Shown here in pieces: positions 18,511 through 27,290 of a stretch of 64,000 bases of DNA. The notes below the pieces were generated by a model. The model searched no databases and was not told the DNA's origin. It saw nothing but the letters and a program-made list of their open reading frames with translations. Made by a program: the position numbers and the translations under genes. Numbering within the stretch: position 1 is the first letter of the stretch; every line of letters starts with the position of its first letter. The DNA is from an uncultured bacterium (GTDB lineage: Bacteria; Hydrothermota; UBA3072; B12-G15). The DNA lies in NCBI GenBank assembly GCA_965612735.1, contig CBFDSV010000005.1:866-64865 (forward strand). Reading direction: 5' to 3'.

Positions 18511-20660
18511 TGGGAAAGAAAAGGGTTTATGCAGTCGCAAAGGAGTTGAATAAAGATAGTAAAGAGGTTCTTGATGCCCTCAAGGAACTGGGGGTCAAGG
18601 TGAAGTCTAACCTCTCCTCTATTGATGACGATGCAATAGCAAAACTTAAAAAATACTTCACAGAGAAAAAAATAGAAGAAAAAATGGAAGAACCCATTCC
18701 ACCAGTTGAGGAAGAACTGGAAGAGGAAGAGGTTCTTGAAATATATGTTGAGCCTGAACCAAAGGTTGCACCACCAAAGAAGAAGAAAAAGAAGAAGAAA
18801 GAGAGGAAGGTGGATGCAGCACTGGTTGAAAAGAGAATAAAGGAGACACGCTCCATCCTTGAAACAGGAAAGCGGAAGAAATATAAGAAAAAGAAGAAGG
18901 CCGGGGATGTTGAAGTTGAGGAAGAGGTACTCAAGGTGCCACCATTCATGACCGTGTCAGAACTTGCTGAAATTCTTGATGTTGGTCCAAATGATATTTT
19001 GATGAAGTGCCTTGAACTCGGTCTCAGGGCAACAATAAACCAGAGGCTTGACTTTGACACAATCTCATTGATTGCTGAAGAATTTGGGCAGAAGGTTGAG
19101 ATGCATGAAGAGTTTGAGGCAGAGATTGAGGAGGGTGAATACTCTGACATCCGTGAAAAACCCCCTGTGGTCACCATAATGGGCCACGTTGACCATGGTA
19201 AAACAACACTGATTGATAAAATAAGGCTCTCTGACCTTGTTTCAAAGGAAAAGGGAAGGATAACACAGAAAATAGGTGCGTACCATGTTAACTACAATGG
19301 AAAGACAATCACATTCATTGATACACCAGGGCATGAGGCATTCACTGCAATGAGAGCAAGGGGTGCAAAGGTTACGGATATTGTTGTTCTTGTTGTTGCT
19401 GCCAATGACGGTGTGAAACCACAGACAATTGAGGCAATAGACCATGCAAAGGCAGCGGGTGTACCCATTATTGTGGCAATAAACAAGATAGACCTGCCTG
19501 ATGCAAATCCAGAAAAGGTGAAGATGCAACTTGCTGATGTAGGTGTGATAGTCCAGGAATACGGTGGCGATGTGATGAGTGTGAATATATCTGCATTGAA
19601 GGGGATTGGGATTGATGAATTGCTTGATACCATAATACTTCTGGCAGAGGACATGGATTTGAAGGCACCATTTGAAGGACCTGGTGAGGGCTACATACTT
19701 GAGGCAAAAAAGAGCAAAGGGTTTGGCAATGTTGCAACAGTTATTGTTGAAAAGGGGAGGATAAAGAAGGGTGACCCATTCATTGCAGGTTCAACATACG
19801 GAAAAGTGAGGGTAATGATAGACGAGGATAAAAAGATATGGAGTGAGGTAACCCCTGGAATTGCTGTTCAGATATCAAGTTTTAACGACCTTCCTGTTGT
19901 TGGTGATAAGTTAAAGGTTGTTAAGGATGAGAAGACAGCAAAGGAGATTGCAGAAAAGAGAAAGGCAGCCCAGCGAATACAGGAAATGAGCAGGAAGAAG
20001 CAGGTTTCACTTGAGGCCATACAGGAGAAACTCGTTAAGGGTGAATATGTAGAACTTAAAATTGTGCTGAAAGGCGACGATTCTGGTGCAGTTGAGGCAC
20101 TTTCAGACACACTTGTCAGGCTATCCACCGATGAGGTTCATGTGAACATTATCCACAGGGGTGTGGGTGATATTACAGAAAACGATGTACTGCTTGCATC
20201 TGCATCCGATGCTATTATTGTTGGATTCAGGACAAGGCCCACAGGAAAGGCAAGGGATATTGCAAAGAACGAAGGGGTTGAAATCAGAACATATGACATA
20301 ATCTATGATGTTGTTGATGACATCAAAAAGGCAATGAGCGGCCTCCTTGCACCTGAATACGAGGAACATGAAATAGGAAGGGCTGAGGTGAGGATGGTGA
20401 TAAGAGTCCCAAAGGTGGGCAACATTGCAGGTTCTTATGTTATTCAGGGTAAAGTCCTCAGGGGAGCAAAGTGCAATGTTTTAAGGGGCGAGGAGGTGAT
20501 TGCCGAAACAAAGATAAACTCCCTGAAGAGATTCAAGGAGGATGTAAAGGAAGTGGTTGAGGGGTTTGAGTGTGGTATCGGGCTTGAAGACTTTGATTCC
20601 TTCCAGGAAGGAGACATCATCGTTGTCTATGAGACCATAGAAAAGGAAAGGACAATTTGA
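18510..20660 (+). CDS. infB: Translation initiation factor IF-2.
   Basis: G-domain GHVDHGKTTL and DTPGHEAF. 716 aa. A Lys/Glu-rich N-terminal region includes a PPKKKKKKKKERK run. Confidence 0.95.
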   Translation: MGKKRVYAVAKELNKDSKEVLDALKELGVKVKSNLSSIDDDAIAKLKKYFTEKKIEEKMEEPIPPVEEELEEEEVLEIYVEPEPKVAPPKKKKKKKKERKVDAALVEKRIKETRSILETGKRKKYKKKKKAGDVEVEEEVLKVPPFMTVSELAEILDVGPNDILMKCLELGLRATINQRLDFDTISLIAEEFGQKVEMHEEFEAEIEEGEYSDIREKPPVVTIMGHVDHGKTTLIDKIRLSDLVSKEKGRITQKIGAYHVNYNGKTITFIDTPGHEAFTAMRARGAKVTDIVVLVVAANDGVKPQTIEAIDHAKAAGVPIIVAINKIDLPDANPEKVKMQLADVGVIVQEYGGDVMSVNISALKGIGIDELLDTIILLAEDMDLKAPFEGPGEGYILEAKKSKGFGNVATVIVEKGRIKKGDPFIAGSTYGKVRVMIDEDKKIWSEVTPGIAVQISSFNDLPVVGDKLKVVKDEKTAKEIAEKRKAAQRIQEMSRKKQVSLEAIQEKLVKGEYVELKIVLKGDDSGAVEALSDTLVRLSTDEVHVNIIHRGVGDITENDVLLASASDAIIVGFRTRPTGKARDIAKNEGVEIRTYDIIYDVVDDIKKAMSGLLAPEYEEHEIGRAEVRMVIRVPKVGNIAGSYVIQGKVLRGAKCNVLRGEEVIAETKINSLKRFKEDVKEVVEGFECGIGLEDFDSFQEGDIIVVYETIEKERTI

Positions 20661-20941
20661 TTGTTGGTGTTTCCACCATTGAAATATACATACCCCAATC
20701 AACATCTCTGAAAGAGAAAAGAAAGATTCTCAACGGAATAAAATCCCGTGTTAAAAATAAATTCAATGTATCCATAAGTGAGGTGGGATACCTTGATAAA
20801 TGGCAGAGGGCACTCATAGGTATTTCAACTGTGTCCAACAGCACAAAAATGGTTGATTCTGTACTTTCAGGTGTTTTGAGAGAGATAAGTTCAGACCTCA
20901 GGATAGAAATCATTGACTACAAAATGGAGATAAGGGTATGA
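20657..20941 (+). CDS. DUF503 (YlxP-like) protein commonly found between infB and rbfA.
   Basis: 94 aa. TTG start overlapping the infB stop. Conserved position in the operon. Confidence 0.55.
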   Translation: MIVGVSTIEIYIPQSTSLKEKRKILNGIKSRVKNKFNVSISEVGYLDKWQRALIGISTVSNSTKMVDSVLSGVLREISSDLRIEIIDYKMEIRV

Positions 20942-21273
20942 GCAGGAGGATTGAAAGGGTTAACTCTCTATTGAAAAAAGAAATCTCTTTTATTGTTGAA
21001 AGGGAGATGAAGGACCCAAGATTGGGTTTTATTACAATCACCCATGTTGAATGTTCAAAAGACCTGAGACATGCAAAGGTTTACTTCAACTTTCATACCT
21101 CTGAAGAGACCTCTGTTGTTGAGATTATTCTCAACAGAGCAAGTGGATACATACAGGGAAAACTTGGAGAAAGAATCAGGCTGAGATACACTCCTAAACT
21201 TGAATTTATATATGATGACACACTTGAGAGAATGGAGAGGATTGACAGGCTCCTGAAGGAGGAAGATGAATAA
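20938..21273 (+). CDS. rbfA: Ribosome-binding factor A.
   Basis: RRIERVNSLLKKEIS...DPRLGFITITHVECSKDLRHAKVY matches the RbfA KH-like fold signature. Confidence 0.85.
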   Translation: MSRRIERVNSLLKKEISFIVEREMKDPRLGFITITHVECSKDLRHAKVYFNFHTSEETSVVEIILNRASGYIQGKLGERIRLRYTPKLEFIYDDTLERMERIDRLLKEEDE

Positions 21274-22204
21274 AACAAGAGACTTTCTAAAAAAATACGA
21301 GAGTTTCCTCATCACATCCCATAAAAATCCCGACGGAGATGCAATTGGTTCTCAGATAGGGCTTGCCCTTGCCCTGAAAAAAATGGGAAAGGACGTGATT
21401 ATAGTAGATACAGACCCTGTTCCAAAGAGGTTCAGATACTTTGACCAGATTGACCTTGTCCAGAATGAAATAGGGGATTTTGACTATCAGGCCGTGATTG
21501 TGCTTGACAGTTCAAGCCCTGACAGGCTTGGTAGCATATCAGAAAAGATAGACTTCACAAAACCTGTTGCAAACATAGACCACCATATAAGCAATAAGTA
21601 CTTTGGGACAGTAAACCTTGTCCAGCCAGAACGCTCATCCACCTGTGAAATCGTCTATCTTCTATTAAAGGATTTTGTGGAACTTGATAAAGAGATTGCA
21701 ACATACCTCTATCTTGGACTTTTGACTGATACTGGTTCATTCAGATATGCCAATACCCGGGCAGAATCATTGAGGCATGCCTCTGAACTTTTAAGTTACG
21801 GGGTTGATGCAAGTTCTGTTGCTGAAAGGATATGGTTCAGGGATACGCCAGGAAGACTGAAACTTCTCGGGTCTGTGCTTGAAACCATTGAGATATTTGA
21901 TGGTTTCAGCCTGATGTATGTAACAAGGGAGATGATGGAAAGGTACAACACAACAGAGGAAGACACTGAGGAGTTTGCCTCATATGGGCTCACCATAGAC
22001 GGTGTCAGGGCAACTGCATTTGTCAAAGAGAGGGATGGAGAGATAAAGGTATCACTCAGGTCAAAGAAGGGAACAGATGTTGACAGAATTGCTGCAATCT
22101 ATGGTGGTGGTGGTCATAAGAGTGCTGCTGGATTCACTGTTAAGGGGAAAAACTTCTTCTCATTCATTGAGGAATTGAAAAGGGTCATGGAGGAGAATAT
22201 ATGA
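21266..22204 (+). CDS. nrnA: DHH-family phosphoesterase, NrnA-like bifunctional oligoribonuclease / pAp phosphatase.
   Basis: DHH N-domain motifs (HKNPDGDA, DHH) and a DHHA1 C-domain GGGGHKSAAG. Confidence 0.75.
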   Translation: MNKTRDFLKKYESFLITSHKNPDGDAIGSQIGLALALKKMGKDVIIVDTDPVPKRFRYFDQIDLVQNEIGDFDYQAVIVLDSSSPDRLGSISEKIDFTKPVANIDHHISNKYFGTVNLVQPERSSTCEIVYLLLKDFVELDKEIATYLYLGLLTDTGSFRYANTRAESLRHASELLSYGVDASSVAERIWFRDTPGRLKLLGSVLETIEIFDGFSLMYVTREMMERYNTTEEDTEEFASYGLTIDGVRATAFVKERDGEIKVSLRSKKGTDVDRIAAIYGGGGHKSAAGFTVKGKNFFSFIEELKRVMEENI

Positions 22205-23556
22205 GAATTGGAATAATAGGTGGAGGCCCTGCAGGGTACTCATCTGCACTCCTTGCAGGAATTCTGGGGAATCAGGTTGTCCTGTTTGAAGAAGATACAG
22301 TGGGTGGTGTATGCCTGAACAGGGGATGTATCCCTGTAAAGGCACTTATAAAGGTGGCACACGGTTTGAATACAGTAAAAAAGATTGAAACCTCTGGTAT
22401 AAAGGCTGAGGTAACAGGCATAGACTGGGAGAAGGTAAAGAAGACATCCCAGCTTGCTTCACGAAGGCTTGTTGCAGGTGTTCAGAACCTTTTAAAGAAA
22501 AGGAAGGTTGAAGTTATAAATGCCCATGCTGAACTGAAGGATAGTGGAGTTGTCGTGGCAAATGGAAAGGAATACACCTTTGATAAAGTCCTTGTCTCAA
22601 CTGGTTCAAGACCAAGAATACCTCCCTTCAGGGTGGCAAAGAACGTCTGGACAAGTGATGACGCACTCAATGCAAAAGAGATACCTGAATCAATCGGGAT
22701 TATTGGCGGTGGTGTGATTGGTATTGAATTTGCTTATATATTCAGGTCATTTGGCTCTCAGGTTACAATCTATGAGATAATGGACGAGATTCTTCCGGGA
22801 GAAGATAAAGAGATGGCCTCTTCTTTGAGGAAAGAGATGGAGAAGATAGGTGTGAAATTCAAGTTGGGTGTAATGGTTAATGAAATCACAGAAAGAAAAG
22901 GGACATTCACAATAAAATACACAGATGGTGGTAAGGAGTCAGCGGACAAATACAGCAGGGTGCTTGTGGCAATAGGAAGAGAGGTTGTGGCAGATGGTCT
23001 GTCCGATTTAATAGAAATGGAAAATGGATTTATAAAGGTGAATAGAATGATGGAGACCACTATGAAAAACGTCTACGCAGCAGGTGACTGCACGGGTGGT
23101 CAACTCCTTGCACACACAGCCTATCATGAGGGAGAGATTGCTGTATTCAACATGAATGGCAGGAATGAGAAGGTTAATGAAACCTATGTACCCAGGGTTA
23201 TTTATACAAAACCTGAGTTTGCAGCATGTGGAGAAACAGAGGAAAGGCTTAAAGAAAAGGGTGTTGATTATCAGAAGGAGTTCTTCCCATTCACAGGTAA
23301 TGGTAGAGCCATTGCTGAGTCTGAGACCAGGGGTGGTATAAAGATGCTTTTTGACACAAATGGGAAGATACTTGGTGGAGCAATCCTTGGTGGGTATGCT
23401 TCTGAAATGATACATATCATCTGTGTCTCAATGAAAAACGGGGTAACGGCAAGGGAACTCTTCCATACAATATTTGCCCATCCCACCTACTCCGAGACAA
23501 TAAAAGAGGCAGCAGCCCAATTCCTCCACCTCCCCCTCCATGGGGACGGAGGATGA
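22201..23556 (+). CDS. Dihydrolipoyl dehydrogenase-family (class I) pyridine nucleotide-disulfide oxidoreductase.
   Basis: IGGGPAGYSSA FAD fold. Redox disulfide GGVCLNRGCIPVK. C-terminal HAHPTYSE His-Glu dyad. The last 5 codons and the stop lie inside a REP element. Confidence 0.75.
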   Translation: MRIGIIGGGPAGYSSALLAGILGNQVVLFEEDTVGGVCLNRGCIPVKALIKVAHGLNTVKKIETSGIKAEVTGIDWEKVKKTSQLASRRLVAGVQNLLKKRKVEVINAHAELKDSGVVVANGKEYTFDKVLVSTGSRPRIPPFRVAKNVWTSDDALNAKEIPESIGIIGGGVIGIEFAYIFRSFGSQVTIYEIMDEILPGEDKEMASSLRKEMEKIGVKFKLGVMVNEITERKGTFTIKYTDGGKESADKYSRVLVAIGREVVADGLSDLIEMENGFIKVNRMMETTMKNVYAAGDCTGGQLLAHTAYHEGEIAVFNMNGRNEKVNETYVPRVIYTKPEFAACGETEERLKEKGVDYQKEFFPFTGNGRAIAESETRGGIKMLFDTNGKILGGAILGGYASEMIHIICVSMKNGVTARELFHTIFAHPTYSETIKEAAAQFLHLPLHGDGG

Positions 23557-23572
23557 CAATTTGACATTTTTT
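23542..23572 (+). repeat. REP-like element, copy 1 (+ orientation): GGGGACGGAGGATGACAATTTGACATTTTTT.
   Basis: Shares the GGGGACGGAGG-TTGAC-n3-TTTGACA core with copies at 43489, 44462, 53297 and 58832. Preceded by C-rich sequence that can pair with the G-rich half (imperfect hairpin). Confidence 0.7.
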
Positions 23573-23581
23573 CATTCAGGC

Positions 23582-25210
23582 ATGGGGGTATCACTCTTTT
23601 TTCTGATGATCAGCGCTAAATTAAGTGCACAGGAGCAAGGGCGGAAAAGCTCTATCTGTGTAATAACAGATGTTGTGAAAGGAAGCATTGCTGACAGGCT
23701 GGGCCTTAAAACGGGGGATATAATTTTGAGCATAAATGATAAAGAGATACACAGTGATGCTTCCTTTATTAAGGGAATGAAATCTGCTAAGGGTTCAGTG
23801 ATTAAGATTAAAATTTTGAGAAAGGGTAAAGAGATAGTTTTTAAAACTCCTTTTTACGCAGATAAATTGGGCATTTACTTTACTTTTTGTGAAAGAGACA
23901 GACTCCTTTCTCCTGAGGAAATGAAAGAAGACCTTGATACGCTTTTTTCAGCAATTGTAGAGATACATCCCAATCCATATGCCAGTATTTCAAAAGAGGA
24001 ATTTGATAGTTTAAAAAGTAATGTATATAAGTCAATAAATAAATCTATGTCTATCTCTGATTTCTGGAAGATTACAGCACCTGTGGTAGCAAGTATAGGA
24101 GATGGGCATACTTATCTCAACATGCCTGATGGGGAGTGGTTCTATCAATTAACTTCTGATAATAGATTTATATTTCCTATTTTACTACATATTATCCAAG
24201 ATAGTGTACGGGTAAAAAAGAACTTCTCCAGTGCCCCCATAAGAAGTGGTGACTATATAATTTCTATAAACGATGTTCCAATAAGAAAAATTATCAATGA
24301 GTGTATTCCATACATAAGTGGTGAACTTTACCATTTTAAAATAAGCCTTTTAGAAAGAAATTTTCCCCAGTTGCTTTTTTTTATATATGGGTTCAAAAGT
24401 TCCTTTAAGGTAAAAATCAAAAACGTAGATGGAGAAATAAGAGAGTACAACCTGGAGGGTATTGATAAAAAAGAATATGACAAAAAAATCTCGGATGCCT
24501 GCGATACCAATTTCTATTTTGAAGAAATTCCTGAATTAAAAACTGGTATTATCAGATTTAACTTCTTTACAAGGAGAGAGGAGTTTTCTAAATTTTTGAA
24601 AAAGACATTCACAGAAATCAAAAGGGAAAACTATAAATATTTGATAATTGATTTACGTAAAAATGGGGGTGGGAGTTCAGAAATTGCTGAAGATTTGTTA
24701 GATTATTTAACAGCCAAACCTTATCGTTTTTTCGGAGGAGGAAAGGTAAAGATATCAAAATATACCTTAAAATTTGTAAAGGAGCATCTATCCATTAAAA
24801 AACCAGTTGTGGATACTTTTTACACTTTTCAATCAGATTTAAAAATGCCACCTCCAAATCCACTAAGGTTCACTGGTAAGTTATTTGTGCTTGTATCAAA
24901 TTATACATTTTCCACCGCGTCTGGTTTTGCTGCTGTAATAAAAGATTTTCAAATAGGTACCTTGATAGGAGAGGAAACAGGCGGACTTCCAACCTGTTTC
25001 GGTGATAGTTGGTCTGTAATTTTACCGAATTCGCACCTTTCCCTTTATGTATCCTGGAAATACTTTATCCGTCCCAATGGAGATTCACGGTATATTCGCA
25101 AAGGGGTTATTCCTGACATTATTGTTAAAACAACAGAAAAAGATTTGGAGGAAGGAGTAGACCCTGTGATGGAAAAGACAAAAGAAATCATCTTGGAGAG
25201 CCTCAGGTAA
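23582..25210 (+). CDS. PDZ-domain S41 family peptidase (C-terminal processing protease-like), secreted.
   Basis: Signal peptide MGVSLFFLMISAKLSAQ at the in-frame Met 23582 (ORF track starts at 23540 inside the REP). PDZ-like GSIADRLGLKTGDIILSIN. S41 signature LIIDLRKNGGGS. The gene is markedly more AT-rich than its neighbours. Confidence 0.7.
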   Translation: MGVSLFFLMISAKLSAQEQGRKSSICVITDVVKGSIADRLGLKTGDIILSINDKEIHSDASFIKGMKSAKGSVIKIKILRKGKEIVFKTPFYADKLGIYFTFCERDRLLSPEEMKEDLDTLFSAIVEIHPNPYASISKEEFDSLKSNVYKSINKSMSISDFWKITAPVVASIGDGHTYLNMPDGEWFYQLTSDNRFIFPILLHIIQDSVRVKKNFSSAPIRSGDYIISINDVPIRKIINECIPYISGELYHFKISLLERNFPQLLFFIYGFKSSFKVKIKNVDGEIREYNLEGIDKKEYDKKISDACDTNFYFEEIPELKTGIIRFNFFTRREEFSKFLKKTFTEIKRENYKYLIIDLRKNGGGSSEIAEDLLDYLTAKPYRFFGGGKVKISKYTLKFVKEHLSIKKPVVDTFYTFQSDLKMPPPNPLRFTGKLFVLVSNYTFSTASGFAAVIKDFQIGTLIGEETGGLPTCFGDSWSVILPNSHLSLYVSWKYFIRPNGDSRYIRKGVIPDIIVKTTEKDLEEGVDPVMEKTKEIILESLR

Positions 25211-25216
25211 CTGAGC

Positions 25217-25234
25217 TTGACTTTTTGACACTTT
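25217..25234 (+). repeat. Partial REP-like element (TTGACTTTTTGACACTTT tail only).
   Basis: Matches the TTGAC-direct-repeat half of the REP family but lacks the GC-rich hairpin half. Lies between convergent genes. Confidence 0.4.
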
Positions 25235-25252
25235 GCTCACCTCTTCTCGCTA

Positions 25253-26182
25253 TCAGGGATAGAGGTTCAATTCGTCAAGATTTCTGTCTGACCTTGCAGC
25301 ATATGGTATAAATCCATTTTCCCTTGCCTTTTGAATATAATCTTCTATTCTTTGCTTATTTACACCTGAAAAACCTGAACCATCATCAACATAGTCCACT
25401 GAAAGCACTATCTTATCATTCTGGCAAACTCTCTCCAGAAGGTCTATCCTGAAGTTTGTCTCATCCCCGGAAACAGGATTTATCCCACTGTAAAACAGCT
25501 CCTCCACTCCCCATCCAGAAACACTCTCCAGTATCTTCCCATTGCTCAACTGGATGAGACCTTCACCATTCTGTGGAATCAATATAAAATCTTCCTTTTT
25601 ATCTGTGCAGTATTCCTTTATCTCCTGGATAAATTCAACCATACTGTCTGCAGCCTCTTCTTCATTCAGAAGCAGTGCTTCATTGTTGGAAGAGTCACTC
25701 CAGTATTCATATTCATCCACCTTATCAAGATACAGACCTGAAAACCCCTGTTCAATAATCCTATCTATGTAAGAAAACACTATCTCCTTCCAATCATCAC
25801 TCCAGAATTTAACCGCATAGTTCCCTGACCACTGACTGTTTTCTTTCCCGAGCCAATCTGGTGGATTCTCCTCCCATGTCTCTTCCCAATAAAATCTGTA
25901 GTTCTCTGCCTCACCAATGTTTATGTATGCAATGGGCAGGATTCCCGATTCCTTTATCATGATTATATCTTCCTGTGAATACTCCCCTGCTTCTGTCCCA
26001 TCACGGGAATAATCCATTACAATAAGGTCAACATTGGATTCTACGATTTCCTCTGGATTGGCATTCTGAAGTTGATATGCCCAGGAATCTACTCTGGATA
26101 ACCCTGCTTCTCCTTTATGACACCCTGATATAACCACAATCAGGATAAGAAATATTTTAAAACGCATAGGATGCCTGGACAA
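25253..26182 (-). CDS. Lipoprotein, glycoside hydrolase family 114-like (endo-alpha-1,4-polygalactosaminidase / PelA-hydrolase-like TIM barrel).
   Basis: Lipobox (VISGC). Motif run WAYQLQ ... DLIVMDYS ... AYINIGEAENYRFYW ... LYLDKVDEYEYW is typical of GH114. Confidence 0.5.
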   Translation of the reverse strand: MSRHPMRFKIFLILIVVISGCHKGEAGLSRVDSWAYQLQNANPEEIVESNVDLIVMDYSRDGTEAGEYSQEDIIMIKESGILPIAYINIGEAENYRFYWEETWEENPPDWLGKENSQWSGNYAVKFWSDDWKEIVFSYIDRIIEQGFSGLYLDKVDEYEYWSDSSNNEALLLNEEEAADSMVEFIQEIKEYCTDKKEDFILIPQNGEGLIQLSNGKILESVSGWGVEELFYSGINPVSGDETNFRIDLLERVCQNDKIVLSVDYVDDGSGFSGVNKQRIEDYIQKARENGFIPYAARSDRNLDELNLYP

Positions 26183-27290
26183 AGGTGTGATTGTGAAGAC
26201 GATTGATGCCTTCCTTCACATCTGCAATGTCATCAATCTCTATACCTTCAATAATGGAGAAGTGGGTTCTCTCATTGAAATCAAAACCCAGTTCAACAAT
26301 ACCCCTTGCCTCTGTGTTTCTTGAAACAATAGAATTCTCTTCAATTCTCCTTGATGAGAACTGAAAACCCAGTGTTATAAAGGGAATGCCCAAACTTCTT
26401 TTCCAGAAAATGTTAAACAGAAGATACCGCCTCCAGTAGTTTAATGTATCAGAAAAATACCTGTGCATCTCAATTGAAGGACCAACCTGAATATAGTTTC
26501 CTCTGTCATGATTGTTTCTTAAGTAAAACATGCCAAGTAATGAGTTCTCGTAATAGTTTTCCACATCAGGCAGTATCACTGAGACACTGTTATCAGAAAC
26601 CCATGAATTGAATTCACGAAACTTCAGGTAAATATCTGTTCCCAGTCTTTTATTTATACTGAAATAATTCCTGAATTCAATAAAGGATTCTCCCTGGAAT
26701 ATTGACCCAATATGAACACCATTATGCACCACCAATTTTTCACCTGTGAATACCTTTCTTATATCCAGTTTGGTATATCCGCGTTGTTTGAGAAACAGTT
26801 TAACTGACGCAGTTATGGGATATCTGACAAATGGTGTCTCTGTTGTAAGTTCAACCTTTGAAAGGTAATAATTATTGTCAAACTGATAAACTCCCATATC
26901 TGCTTCAATCCAGAGGTTATTCAGTTTTATCCCATAACCAATCCCTGCCTCATCATCCTTTTTTGAAAATGAAGGGATAACATAGATGTTCAGGTAGTGG
27001 ATTCCATTGATTAATCTCAGGGAAAATCTGTGTTTTTCAATATTTAACCTGTAATCATTCAACTTTTGATACTCATAGAAAAACTTCATATTCCTGTATA
27101 TCTCGGTAGTGAAACCCGCCTGATATTCCTGATACCAGTTTTCAAGGTCAAGACAACCCTGCACAGTCCTGAACCCATTGTAGGGCAACATAAATGAGGA
27201 ATCCCATTCAACAGGGAAAATCCCTGCTGTCATATCCATTGCATACAGTGTGTTGGAATCCCCTGTGAAAAGAAGTAATAGAATAATCAT
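26157..27290 (-). CDS. Hypothetical outer-membrane beta-barrel-like protein.
   Basis: N-terminal hydrophobic signal. Alternating amphipathic beta-strand-like composition. C-terminal aromatic residue (…VQASYAF), as in OMP barrels. Confidence 0.35.
   Translation of the reverse strand: MIILLLLFTGDSNTLYAMDMTAGIFPVEWDSSFMLPYNGFRTVQGCLDLENWYQEYQAGFTTEIYRNMKFFYEYQKLNDYRLNIEKHRFSLRLINGIHYLNIYVIPSFSKKDDEAGIGYGIKLNNLWIEADMGVYQFDNNYYLSKVELTTETPFVRYPITASVKLFLKQRGYTKLDIRKVFTGEKLVVHNGVHIGSIFQGESFIEFRNYFSINKRLGTDIYLKFREFNSWVSDNSVSVILPDVENYYENSLLGMFYLRNNHDRGNYIQVGPSIEMHRYFSDTLNYWRRYLLFNIFWKRSLGIPFITLGFQFSSRRIEENSIVSRNTEARGIVELGFDFNERTHFSIIEGIEIDDIADVKEGINRLHNHTFVQASYAF

Noticed and set aside
18770-18800. 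Purine homopolymer-like run AAGAAGAAAAAGAAGAAGAAA in infB.
   Set aside because: It encodes an in-frame poly-Lys stretch within the charged N-terminal region typical of IF-2, not a slippery intergenic tract.
23540-23581. ORF-track start of the S41 peptidase at 23540 (MGTEDDNLTFFHSG…).
   Set aside because: That ATG lies inside the REP element and overlaps the lpd-like gene. The signal peptide begins at the in-frame Met 23582, which is the more plausible start.
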